A stretch of DNA of 64,000 nt from the NCBI GenBank assembly GCA_965153285.1, contig OZ229112.1. The stretch is one strand, 5' to 3'. A program made the translations under genes and the position numbers. The first letter of the stretch is position 1; each line of letters starts with the position of its first letter. The notes below the pieces were generated by a model that was given only the letters and a program-made list of their open reading frames with translations, did no database searches and had not been told where the DNA came from. Positions 40,551-54,335 of this stretch are shown here, one piece after another. Source of the DNA: Podarcis tiliguerta (taxonomy: Eukaryota).

Positions 40551-41126
40551 TGCTAAGGCAACATGAAGTTTGTATTGGCGGAGCAACATACAGGAATGTA
40601 AAAAAGGAGCCAGCAATGGATTGTTGTCATGTCAAATTTGGACCCCTTTTAAATGCAAGCAAGTCCGTTCCCTGTTCAGTCAAGCCTGCCCCACTTTTTT
40701 TGCTTGCCAGAAACAGCTACTTTGGGGCATTGCTTCACAGTATTAAATGAGATGACCTCTAGGAGCATGGTGTATGGATTTCCCCTCCCTGAAAAGCCTT
40801 AAGTAGAGCATAACAAATGTGATGCTCTCATTCGATAGGGTATTCTGCCTGTGTTGTGAAAAGCTACCTTGCATTCTGCCTTAAAGGATCATGCATTGTG
40901 CAAACTCCTCTAAGGCAGCAGGACATACCAGTAGACTGAAGCATATGCACACCAAGAAGGAGGGAAGGTGTGACATAATTAGCTGCCTCCATCTGCCTTG
41001 ATGCATTTTTGCAAAGGGTGCAGGCTTCTTGTCTTTACAAGGAAAATAGGTAAAGTGTTTTGTTTCATTTACATTGCCATTGCTAATGAAGCTGAAAAAG
41101 GCAGTTTCAGAATATGAATAAAATGA

Positions 41127-41128
<2 letters not shown>

Positions 41129-41162
<34 letters not shown>
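41129..41162. repeat. (GT)n microsatellite
   Basis: Direct reading. Confidence 0.95.
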
Positions 41163-41165
<3 letters not shown>

Positions 41166-41574
41166 CATACAAGTTATTCAGGCGGATACCAATCACAGTC
41201 TCAGTAGGGGAAAGCCTACAATTGTGGTAAAGCTGGAACATAATCAAACAATTTATAGTAGCAAGCAGCAAGGTCCAGAGTGACAAAATGCAGCAATTTC
41301 TCTTGGTGGCATGGAGAGCAACAGCAAGTAGGTAATAATATGGAAAGAGTTATGTGATATAGGCCACAATCTAAAGAACCATGCAGCACACTTTTCTGGA
41401 AGCTATGAAACTCAAGGGAACTCCAGAGGCAGCTTTTAATGCAGTGCAAGGAGCAGCGAAAGAGACGAGAGGAAATAAGAAAGCACCTAAGACGGTATGA
41501 GAGGCCGGCAGAGACTAGTGGGTAGGAAGTGGCTGCAATTCTGAGAAGCAAATGCAGCAAAGAAGGGGCTAGAT

Positions 41575-41909
41575 CAGGGTGCTGCAACACGAGGTCCGCA
41601 TGCGGCCCTCAGTGTCTTTTTTTGGTGGCCCCTGGAAACATTTGACGTCCCCCAGCCTTCTTGCTGCCTTCCCCAAGGCCAGGAAAATGAGGTACTGGGC
41701 TTTGAGAAGGAGGCATGAGGGCTTTGACAGGGTCCTAGAGTCCTTCCACCTTCTTCTCACTTTTGGGAAAGCCTGGCGCCTCCTTACCCATCTTTCGACA
41801 GACAGCACGAAGGTTGGGGGCATCAAATTTTGGCCTTGCTCTCCCTCCTCCGTGCAGCCCACGGGTTCTGTGTCAAAGTACACTTGGTATGAAAAGTTGG
41901 GCCGCTCTG
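41575..41909. mobile_element. hAT-Charlie-like non-autonomous element
   Basis: cagggtgctgcaac...atgcggccc ... aagttgggccgctctg. TSD ggctagat / gtctagat, matching the NTCTAGAN preference of Charlie elements. Confidence 0.75.
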
Positions 41910-44900
41910 GTCTAGATCTTCACATATCTAAATTTCCCTATAGCCCATAACATATCCCCCCCCCCCCCACTGCCCATCTTTTCAAAAGAGCTAAAAAGCT
42001 ATGTGACCTACACTTCTGAAGCTTTCAACTTAAATACTAGTTCACAGACCAGGAAGTGGGGGTGGAATGTCTCTCTGCAAGCTATGTGCATTTGAAATTT
42101 TTAGAAAGTACTTCAGCTTTGAAGAATTCAAGGTGGTTTTGTAGGATCCCAACTATACAAGCTTAAGCTTCTTCTTCCTGTGGCACAGATACAGCTTAAC
42201 CCCATTTCTACTGAAGAAGACAAGAGGTAATTTAACAAGGCAAAAGCACAATCTTCTGAAGTCCTTGAAACTGCTATCTCCTCTTAATTCATACAGGGGA
42301 ATTGTATAAAGCTAACAGAGACATAGTCATAAGACCTAATTTATAAGAACTGGTGTTTAATATCATCTTAAACTATTCCACTGCAATGATTTCATCCTAT
42401 TTTCTTGCGAACCTCCTAAGATAACAACATTCTGTGGGCACTTTCAGCTGGCTGGCAAGAACAGCTAATCTGCATGTTCCTCATGCGTATTAGTTATTGT
42501 ATTCAACTCTAGAATATATATTTTAAACAACCTGGTTTGATGTTTTATCCTATTTAATAATAAAAGGCAATTAGGTATTTGCTTGTTTCTGTTTCTCTTA
42601 AATGTTCACCATCAAGACAAATGCCTTTGGATTTTGAGCACATGCTTTTATTGGGTTTGGAGATCTGCTATCACGAAAGGCTTATTGCCTAGTAGAGGCC
42701 CTGCTGATTTTCTATGGTCTGGCTCATGTAATAATTCAAGAAATGAATGCAAGGTATGAAGCGGGCAGTTATGAACATAATGCATCACAGCAATTAATGT
42801 GGTTGTCACTAAAGGTAATACAATCATGGGAATGGCTGTAGACAAGCCTTCACCATCCTGGTGCCTCCAGATGTTTTGGATTAACTCCCAACAGCCCCAG
42901 CCACCACAGCCATGCTGGCTGGGGCTGATGGTGGAGGATAGATACCACGTTGGCAAAAGCTGCTGTAGACCAATAGAGGCTGATCACCCAAAAAAGGGGA
43001 CACAGATGTACTTAAAATGTGCACACACTAGTTTATATGTACCGATGCAAATTTAGAAAGGATAGTTGTAATTTAGATAGAAATATAACACATCTCACCA
43101 TAATTAGGTAAACGGTGACCAGGTGACATATGTTCCTGCTTAGTCTACTATCAAGGTGCTGCTAACTCTTGATGGACAACCTCCAAGCCCCTGCTCTCCC
43201 TTCTGATGCTTCGTTATCAAACAGAGGGGTGTTCTCTGTAAAATAGGGCACATGGCCACCCTAGATGAACAACAGCTGCCTGGCCTTTATCTATGTGAGT
43301 TATATGTGCCCAAGGACAGTGAGGCTGCTGACATAAATTAAGAGAGTATTGCATGAATTTGCATTAAGGAGTTGCTTTGAAGAAGGGAGCCAATCACAAT
43401 GCTACTGCTGAGACTACAGAACTGGTTGCCCTAATGCCAGGGTGCAGTACAAGAGGCCAGTTTATCTTGCCACCATCTGTGGCAGCAGACAGATGCTCAA
43501 TAACCCAGAAGCTGTAGATCTTGTGCTTGTCCAAAGAACAACAACAACCCAGGAGACTTATGTATTGTCACTGTGTCTTCAGTAGCAAGGCGACAGAAGC
43601 AGCAGCCAGTTAACTGTAGTTAGAAGAGCCAGTTCAAATACTTGGCAGGGGTTTGCTGCTTAACTGGTCTCTTTGCCTTCAAAGGCTTGTGGTCATGTCA
43701 ACACTATAACAAGAGAGACTGCTTTTCTGTAACCCACTAATTGCATGTTTTATATTTTTTGGAGTGATACATTTTCTAAGGTAAATGTAAACAACAAATG
43801 TTAGTGTTAATCCTTGGCCTTTGATGGAATATTGTCAAAAAGTAGGGTTATTATTTAGCCATTTGCCACATTTGTATCACCAGTTCTTCTTCATCCAAGG
43901 ACATATGGTACATACGGTTAAGAATTAATCACTGAACAGGGATTTTAATGTGGTTTTCTTACATCTACACGAAACCATTCTTCCTATATACATAAAAATG
44001 TAATGCTGTCATTGTGCAACCCCCACTGGAAAATTTGTAGTGCCACATCACAATCCTGAATTTGCATGGTGGGGGTGGGAGAGGGAGCAAAGGAGAAAAC
44101 AGAAGATAGAGAGACACATAGGAAAATGGCAGTTTTAAGCAACAGCAGAGGGTTGAACAAAGCAGAGCTGGAGAAAGCTGAGAGGGGAAAACTGGTGATT
44201 TTAAGCAATAGCAGAAGTTTGGGTAGAGTGAGCAGGGGGTGATACTGAGGAGGGAAGTAAAACAATGGTTGAGTACATCATTAAGGGAATTTGGGGAGGC
44301 TTTATTGTGTTAGCTTTTTGGTGTTTGCTTCTGTGATCTATCCATCTCCTTGTTAAACTGGTCTGTTTTCTTGAAAAATAACCCCTCAGTGTCATTATAT
44401 CCCTGCATTATTCAAACCTCTGCCATTGTTTGAAATCAGTATCCTTCCACCCCCACTTTACTTAAACTTCTACCATTATTTGAGTACAGTGAGAAGGAGA
44501 TGGACGGACACAAAAAGGAAATAAAATGGCTGTTTTAAACTTCTCCTTCTTCTATTACTCAACTCTCTCAAGTGAGAGAGATATAGAATGTGGAGCTCTT
44601 AAGTATCCCATAACTTCCAAGAATGTAGTTCACTCCTGCTACCATTTGTTGCTTTCAACATAAAGTTCCAGATTCTGTGTAGCAATTTAGAGAGGTTTTA
44701 TTAACAAGTGAGCACCCACATATATACAACACCCATCAACTGAACTTAACCTTCTCTAACTGAACAAGCTAGCTGACAGCCTTGCTCTTAAGATTCTACT
44801 GATCTTAAAGATGCAGAAACATATATCAGCAAGGGTTGGTGCGAGCCAAGAGGGCATGCACAGAGAGGAGGAGGCATGGAAAAGTGGAGTGGTCTGTGTG

Positions 44901-46249
44901 CACAGGCGAGTTGAAAAAAGAGGAGGTAGAAAAAGGGGGTGAAGTTGATAATGGGGCATGTGTGCGCAAAGGGAGAGAGGACAGGGCATGGAAATGAGAG
45001 TGATATGTGTTCAAGGGAGAGTTAAGAAAAGTAAGGAGGAGAGTGGAGGAAAAAAGAGCCTGAAGGTAAAAATGAGAGTGCAGAGGCGGTTGCAAGAAAG
45101 GAGGGATTAGGAGGCATGGGAATGCGGTTGAAAATGAAAGCAGGGGCACGAAAGGGTCTGAAGAATGGGGCTGTGGCTTCATAACTGGGTGGATGTGAAA
45201 AAGGCACTCAGCAGCTGAAATGCGTAGGAAGAGAAATGCAAGAGGTTGCCATGGGGGTCCTATAAGAAGGTAATATTTTGAACATGGCCTTAAATCTGTT
45301 TTGAGTGGGAAGAGCAGGGTTATATCTCCCTTTCAAAAATCCCCAATAAGTATTATTGTTCTGTGAAATACTGAATCAGAGTACAAAACCCACAAACTGG
45401 AATCTCAAATAAGAATCTGGTTATAGTAATTCACCCTCAACCTGTATTGGACACTATAGATTTACAGACAACTTTGGAGACATGCTAATTCCAAGCTTAA
45501 ATATCTTCATGTGCATGAACAAATAAATCATGCAGGAGAAATATAAGCACAGACCTGGTTTCACACCTGCATTTTGAACTGTCATATCCACCAATTTTAA
45601 TCAGAAAGGTATGGCAATATCTGACCTCCATCAAAGCAGCACAAAGCTTTGCTGAATTGTGTCCATACATGGGAATTTAGCATTAAACACATGAGATTGC
45701 ACAAAATGCAAGGCTGAGCTGGTATCAAAATATATTAGCTAGGCAGTAAACAAAAGTGTTAAAATTAAATTTTGCTAGTAATTAATGAAGACACATTTTG
45801 GCACAGAATTCCTTACTCTGTCCTCAATCCATATAATATACTTTCTCAGCAATTCGTATCTATGGACTGAGAGATGATATAGACTAGGGGTTGGGAACCT
45901 TTTGCAAAATCGTTTTTAAGCTAGAACAAAGCTGGTTTGTAAATTTGCTTTGATTTCATTTTGGGGGTGGGGAGGAAATCCAGAAGCACTTAAACAAGAC
46001 AGGGCATTAAATCTCAAAATACCTTTTCAGAAGTGATATAGTGAGCATTTTCTCACTGATAGCTGATACATTTAGTTGGAAATGCCAATAATCTGAATAG
46101 ATCAATATGTACACACCCCTTTTCTATGCACACACTTTCCTCCTGCTGGAAGGATGATGGGAATCTTCACACACATACAAAGGGAGAAGGACAGGGAGTT
46201 TCCAACAGTGTGGGATCACACACCATAGGAGAAGGCTCACCTCTTTTAT

Positions 46250-46280
<31 letters not shown>

Positions 46281-46437
46281 CGCTCTGTATAGGGAGCTAT
46301 AGGTGTCATTTCAGATATGAATGCTAATTTATGAATTATATTTAAGACCTCACATGAACAATCTATCTGAGTGAGCAGTAAAAGATGGGAGGAGGAAACT
46401 CACCCAGTTTTCAGCTTTTTGCCATGCTTTGTGCACA

Positions 46438-46465
46438 GCTGCTGCTGCTGCTGCTGCTGCTGCTG
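46438..46465. repeat. (GCT)n microsatellite
   Basis: Direct reading. Confidence 0.95.
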
Positions 46466-48102
46466 TGGTAGTTGCTTGAGTTAATTCCACACTGCACTAC
46501 CACTTGAATGCATGATTAAGTGTAATCTAATAACCCACCCTATGACATGAGGTGCAGGAATAATGGAATACCATGGTAGCCTAAAGAGGCACAGTTTTAT
46601 GATACCCATAGCTGTAAAGTCAAAACTTTTGAGGTCTATTTCCTTTCCCCTTCTTGAGAACAATAAGAACATCTAACTGAAATCAGTGGTAGAATACTCA
46701 TTGATTTTCATGGATTGGTTAGAAAATGGCTAAAACGAGTAGCAGCTGTTTTTAAAGTATCACACATACATATATTCAACATCAATCTGGCCCAGATGCA
46801 CTTAAAGGCAAAATGCTGATATTAGCTCTTCAGCTTCATCCCACAATCCTAAACATTTGTCATGGATCATCCACTGCAACACAGAACCCTTGCAACACAT
46901 TTACACTAACAATATTGGAGTGACACAGTGCTAGATATGCCCTTCTAATTATACATTTGCTGGGGCAGCAGGTTTTAGAGATCAGACCATGCTCTCTCTC
47001 TCTCTCTCTCTCTCTCTTTCCAACTAATCAATTTACCAGCATCTGGAAATATTATCGAGGCCAGGAATCCCTCATAGAATTTAGAACAGGAAGACCATAG
47101 AGTACAGAATCCATGCACCAAACACATGTGCATATCTTAAAACACCAATTTGCCTTAACCGAGAAAGCCAATGTACTCATACGGCAATTTTCATTTGTTG
47201 CCTGCACAAATGCCTAGCCATGATCCACATATTAGTTATATTCCACATGACTGAATATCATCTTGATCCATAAGACAGTACAAAGGTAAATGGATTGAAG
47301 CTAATAGGTAATATGACCCAAAACCAATACAGGAAAGTAAGCGACATTGGTTTGAATGGAACTGCTGTGTACTGGGTTTAGGATCAGTTTGAAAGGATCA
47401 CGGAATAACCTCATGTATTTCAACTAGGCTGAATGATGCCTGACAGTCATGTCCCAATATCAATACACAAATATAGGCAGAAAAGAAGTCACAGTGTAAA
47501 GAGAAGGTAAGCAATGAATATGCAGAACACAACAATTATCACCAGCTAAATAAGGGTTTTTAGAGCACTCAGATGGCATATAGGTCTGTTCAAATCTTCA
47601 AGAATAATACCTTAAGGCTTAATACCTTAATATCTTCAAGAATAATACCTTAATATCTTTTGTGCTATTTACTTGGGAGTAAGTTCCACTAAACTCAATG
47701 GAGCTTAGTTCTGTGTAATAAAAATAAAATTGTGCTATAACTATTTTCATGCCTCCCATTGAATGTCGGTATGCTACCAAAAATGACAAAAATACAATCC
47801 CATCACAACACCAATTTGAGCCAGAATCTGTGTTTTTGATGTATCATGTCTTTGAGGTTTTTTAGCTCTGAAATTTACACAACTTTGCTACACAAAATGC
47901 TAATTATTGAGAGGGAAGGTTATCAAAGGGAAGTTTGAAAGGGGGGTTCTTTGGCAACATAGGCAACATGTTGAGTAATTTGTTTGGCTCTTATCTGCAA
48001 TTAAAAAAAAACACCTTATTTTTTTTGGACAAAAAAAGAGCAAATGTATTCAGCTATACAAAAACAGAATGCAATTATAATATAAATGTAGTTTATTCAT
48101 AC

Positions 48103-48205
48103 CTTATTATGTGTCTGCGTTTGTCCAACCAGTATAAGAATATTTGATGAGATAATAGACAGGCAGAAATTAATTAGAATTATTGACCTCTCAGATCTGA
48201 TGTAT
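48103..48205 (-). CDS. ADGRB3: ADGRB3 internal coding exon: ICL1 + TM2 ([35 protein letters not shown])
   Basis: Acceptor tctttggacag|ATACATCAGA and donor CATAATAAG|gtatga; 103 nt. Its phase-2 start completes the AG|A Arg codon of the previous exon. Too short for the ORF track, so I translated it by hand. Confidence 0.97.
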
Positions 48206-50652
48206 CTGTCCAAAGAAAGACACACAAAAAAGGCTATCTAAATACATTGCATACCAATATTGTAATTTTTTAAAAAAATCTGACATTTTTTAAAGTTTTA
48301 AATAGCACTTCTGAAAAATAAAATGCCTTCTGTCAGAAGTCTGAAGATAACTTTTAAAATCATTATTTTTTATTATTAATAACAGCATTGGATAAGAAAA
48401 AAACAAGTACTCCATAATTCTCCAACAATTCCAAGAGATTTGCTACATGTGTGTTGGTAATTGGAGTTCATAGCCCTTGATGTTTATGATACAGCATTTT
48501 GAAATTAGCAGCTCGCACCACCTAGTTCTAGAGCAATATAGCTGCTTATGACTGGTTGCAGCCCCCTGGGAAATGATTTACAGAAGCCCTACTAAAATTA
48601 GTGCTTTTGCTCAGCTGCCACTCATTTCAATAAGACACACACTGCTTATTGTGTGATAGGAATATTTGAGCATATAAGTTTAATCCACTCATTAATTATG
48701 ATGCTAGGTTATACCGGTACTTACAAAATAGCTTGTGTATAGAAGCTAGAATACAGATAATTTATGCTACTGCCAAATAATGCATTAAGTTGACAGTTCC
48801 ACATACACACCACTGCCAATAGTTGCTTTGCCAGTAATTTAGGAAACTTTTTTAGTGTGTGAAAGTTCAAATTTTGTATATATTACATACACTTTTGCAT
48901 GCTGTTTGATACAGAGAATCATTCAGAGCAAAATATTATGGTACAGGATCAAGTAGTATCTACCAAAAAGTAGCCATCTTTCAATTATTGGCTCTGCTGC
49001 ACAAGATGCCTCCCCCTGTTCTTTGCTGAACCCCTTTCCCAACTGCAGCAAAAACAGGCAAACACCACACCAGCCTTGCATAATGAAGAATATTAGTTTT
49101 GCATTGAGAAAACTTTTTTGAAGGGTGCATGGACATTAGTCCACTTCAGTAAATTATGAAAGCATTATGAGTACTAGCCAACTTAAGTTTTACTTAGAGT
49201 AGACCCACTGAAATTAATGAACCTAACTTAGTCATGTTTATTAATTTCAATGGGCTTACCCTGAGTACATCTTAGTTGAATACTACCCCATGTGATCTAA
49301 TTTTATTGTGATCATATGATCAACACAAGTCCATTTCACTTCTAACAAAAAATAGAGCTAAGTAAGCAAACTTGTAAAGTCTTTTTTTTTTTTAAGTCAT
49401 AGGAATAATTTCACAGGAATAGGAAACCAAATAATTTGTTGCCCCAGACACTGATACTTTCATCTGTCCTTGCCAGTGAAAAAATGTTGCCTTGAGATAT
49501 TCCTGTGTTAAATTATCAGTGTGATGTACAACCCAGTTGTGCTGAAAATATTAAACACATCTCTATGGACTGTGATAGCAATCCAAATTCTTCTACTCAA
49601 CTGGGTTGTGGATCAACTAGAAATATGTTGGGGTTTCTAGTGGTTTGCTTTGCATTAAGTCGGGAATGTTCTGCTGGCAGCCCATGGTGCAAATCTGTTC
49701 TCCAAAGCAATTTTATCTGCCCATTGTTACTCCTCCTGGTTTCTAATCAAAGTGTTGTGAGAGCCTGAGCATACTTTCATTCATAAATAACTAATAGTGT
49801 GTGAGAGAGAGCCATTCCACTCTTTAATGTTAAATCTCTCTTTCAGTTTCTTATAAGACACCTGGGGGTATGCCTGAGTGAGTGCATGTGCCCCATAATT
49901 GTGAAGTAAGGCAGGCAGATGCAAAAGAGGGCAGGATTCCCACACCTGCAATAGATGTGCAGGAGACGAAATTTCAGCTGTTGTAGGTTGCCATGCAAGT
50001 TAAGCTGTTGCAATGTCCTCTTCTGGAGAACTATTAAAGGTGGGGAAGCCTTGTCTTATTTTGCATCTGGTCACCCTACCGTAAAGCCTTTATGGTTAGG
50101 AAGTAAAACATGATTGTACCATACATGAAAGTATGCATGTTTGTTCCTATCTTCAGCATTAATTTTTAGAAAGTTAAAAGAAGAAAGTATTGGTTTGTGT
50201 GGCCCAAATCCCTGCCACCTATTGGGATCCTGCCCTTAGAACAAAGTGGACTCCTGAGATATATGTCCTTCCCTGTACTAAAGAAAACTCACTGTAGGTA
50301 AGAATCCCACATGCTACTCAAGGATTCAAATAATTCAGGCTTTGCTCCATTTTGTTGTTGTTGCTGTTTGTGCATTACTACTTTTAGTAAAGACTGGGGT
50401 GCCTAACATTTCCACTCATTTTGGAAACAAACAACCTCAGTTGGGTGTAACATTCATGGTTATAGACACTACCATTTAGACACTGATACTAGCCCTAGGC
50501 TTCCTTAGTTTTAGACTCCATCAAGTGCTAGGAAAGTAATCCCACAATGCACTGGGCCAGCTCTGCCAAATAATTAGGTGTGAGGACAGTGATGTATTAC
50601 CCTTCATGTTTCCCCACCATGATGCTGCTAGGCTCACTGTGTTCATTTAGAT

Positions 50653-50845
50653 CAGAGCTTTCCAAACTGTGTGTCGCGACACATTAATGTGTCAACTGCA
50701 GTGTGTAAGTGTGTCGTGCAAACGCTCCCAGCGCTCCTCCCAGGGCTGAAAAGGGGTTAGTTTAACCTCCAGTTTGCTACAGTGTCACAGAATGATACAT
50801 TTCTTAAAAAGTGTGTCACAAGCATGAAAAGTTCGGAAGGCTCTG
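50653..50845. mobile_element. hAT (Charlie-like) MITE with perfect 8-bp TSD
   Basis: TIR cagagctttccaaact / agttcggaaggctctg. TSD atttagat at 50645-50652 and 50846-50853. Confidence 0.9.
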
Positions 50846-51696
50846 ATTTAGATAAATGTGTAACTATATAAGTATTCACCTATGGTTTTTATGTGAATTT
50901 AATCATTTATTTGTTTCAGCAGTGTCATGTAGCAATAAATAGTACTGATAAACCATCAGTTAGTACTACAATGTTCTTTTAAAACTATTTTATAAATAAT
51001 AATTTCAAGAAGTGTCCACTTGGGAAAGGATTGGTGTAATCATAATTCACTGTCATTTTACAACTCACAGACAGATTCATCCTCCCCACTTCTAAACTGC
51101 AGCAGCTTCAGTTGGAATTTCTCCATGGCTTTCATTTGTGAATGTGATCTATGGGCAGCTCACACAGTCAATCCTCAAGAGGATCCATGAGGATGCGTTC
51201 GCATAAGAGCTGTGATAAGGAATGTGCGACCATCCAGATTTTGTTGGATGACAGCTCCCACAATCTCTGGCCATTGGCTGTGCTGAGACTTGGATGGGAA
51301 TTGGAATCCAGCATCTGGAAGGCCACAGATTTCCCCATCTCTCACACAGAGCATGTCTTGGATCTCATCAAATAGAGCTGGGCATGTGGAAATCACTACA
51401 GGAAATCTCAGTTTGTGCGGGACGTTCACTGTGCTAATGTTCACATGGGGACACTCAAGGAACATTGTGTTAAGGCAAAATCGAATGTGTGAAGTTGCCT
51501 CAGGTCAGAAATTACTGAGGAACCATTGAGACCAAAAGCCTGAGTGATAAAGCAAACAAAAGCAGCATTTGTTTGTGTCATAAGGCCAGGATCCTGGAAG
51601 TAGATATCATCTAACTTCTCATTTTAAACAGAATCACTGATTAGAAGTGTGATTACAATGAAGGGCTATCACTTCAACCCAGAGTTCTTTTCATCC

Positions 51697-52120
51697 TATT
51701 TATTTACAATTTATTTTTTTGATTTATATACTGCCCTTTATCAAAAGATCCCAGGGTGATGTACAATGTTTAAAACATATTTTACAGAGCATAATAATGA
51801 AAGCATAATACAAAGCATAATAATAGACAGTATAATAACAAAACAAACTTAATAACAATCCTTCCCTCACCACCTTCAACAGGCCATACATTATTTAATG
51901 GCTGAAGGCCTGGGTAAAAAGGAATGCTTTCCCCTGGTACCTAAAGATATGTAAAGATGGCACCAGGCAAGCCTCTTTTGGGAGAGCATTCCACAGATGC
52001 GGAGCTACTACAGAAAAGGCCTGTTCTTGTGCTGCCATCCTCCAAACCTCTTGAGAAGGGTCTCAAATGTCAAGTACAGGGCCTGGGTCTGTTCATATGG
52101 GGGAGATGCAGTCCTTAATG
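51697..52120 (-). mobile_element. L2-clade LINE 3' fragment, same family as the 23881 copy
   Basis: Shares gggagagcattcc...ggagcta..acagaaaaggc.tgttcttgtg.tgcca.cctcca.acctc and gttcatatggg with the 23881 copy. Confidence 0.75.
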
Positions 52121-52482
52121 TATCCCATATGTGGGATTCTCAACTGAAATGGCAGGTCCACACACTCTTCTCCAGTGAATTGAAAGGGGAAACCCTTGAC
52201 GGTGGTGGAGCTCTGAATGTGGCTCCCCAGTGTTGAGAAGAAATGGTGATAATAATAGCAGATATCATTAATGCTGAATAGGAAGAGAAAATAGGGCATT
52301 TGATCACCACCAGGCCAAGCTTGAACAGAAACTGTGTCAACCTAATCAGACTTATTAATACGTTACAACTCTTCTGCAGTAGCGATCTTGTTTTTCCTAG
52401 ATTAATAGAAACCCTTCTTCAATGACCCCTCAGTTCTGAATAATTGCACATTTCTATAAACCCACACAATTCAATTACATAC

Positions 52483-52586
52483 CTCCATAGTGCTGCATAG
52501 ACAACTGCTAGGGTGATCAAAGCCAAGCATGAAAGGCCACTGCCTACTATAAGGGTTACTGAGGGAGCACCAGATGATTCCATGAT
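52483..52586 (-). CDS. ADGRB3: ADGRB3 (BAI3) internal coding exon: end of stalk + TM1 ([35 protein letters not shown])
   Basis: Minus-strand acceptor ...ccacag|ATCATGGAATCA and donor CTATGGAG|gtatgt; 104 nt, phase 0 in and phase 2 out. The translation matches ADGRB3 TM1 as I recall it (human [35 protein letters not shown]) and differs clearly from the ADGRB1/2 paralogs. Confidence 0.97.
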
Positions 52587-54185
52587 CTGTGGGTCATAAC
52601 AAACATCTATCAGATAAAACCATGTTCCAGTAACTAAAGCACAAAACCAAAACAGGAGAGATGGATAGCTGATGTAGTGATTAGCCACATCATCTAAATA
52701 GCATTGCCAACAAGTAACCACCTCTCTCTACTTCAGCCTCTGTCCTAGTTCCTAAAGTATCCGAGGCCTGGGTATTTACAGAATACCAAGACAGTAACCC
52801 CACTGGTCTTTGATGATATCCTCAGCAGTCTATTGCATCTCATGAAAATAAATACATAGAATTTTTTTAAAAGAGAGAATAGGGAAAGCCAACAGTCTGA
52901 TGGGCACCCATAACATTAATTGACATTAAAAAGCTCTCTAGGTTTTGCTTTGATGGGAAAAAACTACACAAGTAAAAATGGTTTTCCTCCTTGAAAGGCA
53001 GATGTATTTGGATAGCAATGTTCTAAACAAATTGTGTGATTTATTCTGACAAATGTAATGCCAACTAATTTCTTATCCAAAATACAAGATCAAACTTTCT
53101 AACTCTACAGTAACTTTGCCTTAAAGCCAGCATTCATTTTCTTTCTGTCTCTTAGCAGCTAAGAGAGTACCAATTTAAGAAAAAAAAGAGAACAAAACGT
53201 ATGCATCATTTGTAAGATCTGGACCTCTGAAACAATAGCACTTCTAATGTTTAATATTTATAGGAGCTGAAGTATAAATGACCTTGAGGCAGAAAAACCA
53301 TTTTTTTTGAGCTATGAAATTACCTCCAACACCCCACCTTTGCCCCACACACAAGCATTTACACTGGTTTTGTTGGTTTTGTTTTGTTTCAAAATGTACA
53401 CATTCAATACAATTAGACCAGGAAGTTTGCAGTGATCTGCTGCTTGATTTAGCAGTGTGCTGCTGAAAAGCCTCAAGGCTCCAGTATAAATTGCATTTTA
53501 TCAAGATACAATTTGTAACCGAGGTGAGGCAAACTGTATATCTTATCCAGGTTTTTAAGTTTATTTCTGCCAAATACTTCTAGTTTACTGCTGAGAAGAA
53601 CCTTGGCCACACACTGAAAATCTTTTCCCCTTAAAGCTTCAAGGTGCTTGCTCTTTAAAACAAAAAACACCAACCAACCTATTTTATAGGCATTAATACT
53701 GTTGAGTTCCTATTTCTCAATCTTCATCATTGTATTCATACTAGAGGGTCTATTTTACAAGATATCAACAGACAGCATAGATTCCTTGTAATGCCCAATG
53801 CAGAACTGCAATCTGTTTAACTAGTGTAGCTAGGTTCCTGCTTCTACCAGCAACAATAAAAAAACCTTGTATATTCTTTTTTCCCTTCTTTTTTTTTAAA
53901 AAAAGAAAACCCAGGACTGTAATACATTACATTACAGTTGCTAAGTTTTCTCTAAGAAAACAGGAGTACCTCAGCACTTGAAACTGACTGGCATTTAGTT
54001 ATAAGGCAAAACCAGCAATTCGTTCCCAAAAACTAAGAACTGCTAATAGATAAGAGAAAAGCCAGTCTTTTCCAGACCTGCAACGCTGATACAATTTCTC
54101 ATCTGAGTTAATGCTGGACACATAAAAAAACACACCAAAAACCCTCCCAGTCATTGCATTAAACTCAGGGCTTTTTTCTTCTTCT

Positions 54186-54325
54186 NNNNNNNNNNNNNNN
54201 NNNNNNNNNNNNNNNNNNNNNNNNNNNNNNNNNNNNNNNNNNNNNNNNNNNNNNNNNNNNNNNNNNNNNNNNNNNNNNNNNNNNNNNNNNNNNNNNNNNN
54301 NNNNNNNNNNNNNNNNNNNNNNNNN
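54186..54325. other. Assembly gap (140 N) overlapping the ADGRB3 GPS exon
   Basis: Run of N. Confidence 0.99.
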
Positions 54326-54335
54326 AGAGTCGTTC
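54326..54335 (-). CDS. ADGRB3: ADGRB3 GPS/Stachel exon, 5' 10 nt only (G AAC GAC TCT = N-D-S); remainder falls in the assembly gap 54186-54325
   Basis: Long polypyrimidine tract ending ttcttgcag|GAACGACTCT. The phase-2 reading N-D-S corresponds to the N-E-S-L-G-T-W-S-T-Q-G-C start of the mammalian GPS exon, which directly precedes the IMESSG exon. The position ~1.7 kb upstream of the TM1 exon fits. Confidence 0.8.

Noticed and set aside
47594-47658. Local duplication atcttcaagaataataccttaa x2
   Set aside because: Ordinary slippage duplication with no sign of function.
1-48102. Next ADGRB3 exon ([27 protein letters not shown]..., TM3)
   Set aside because: I scanned by eye for codons of FCW/AWQ on the minus strand and found no convincing match. 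It probably lies beyond the left edge, though I cannot exclude a miss or the 22.3-kb gap.
52419-52721. 100-aa ORF as a stand-alone gene
   Set aside because: Only 52483-52586 is coding. The flanks are intron read-through beyond canonical splice sites.
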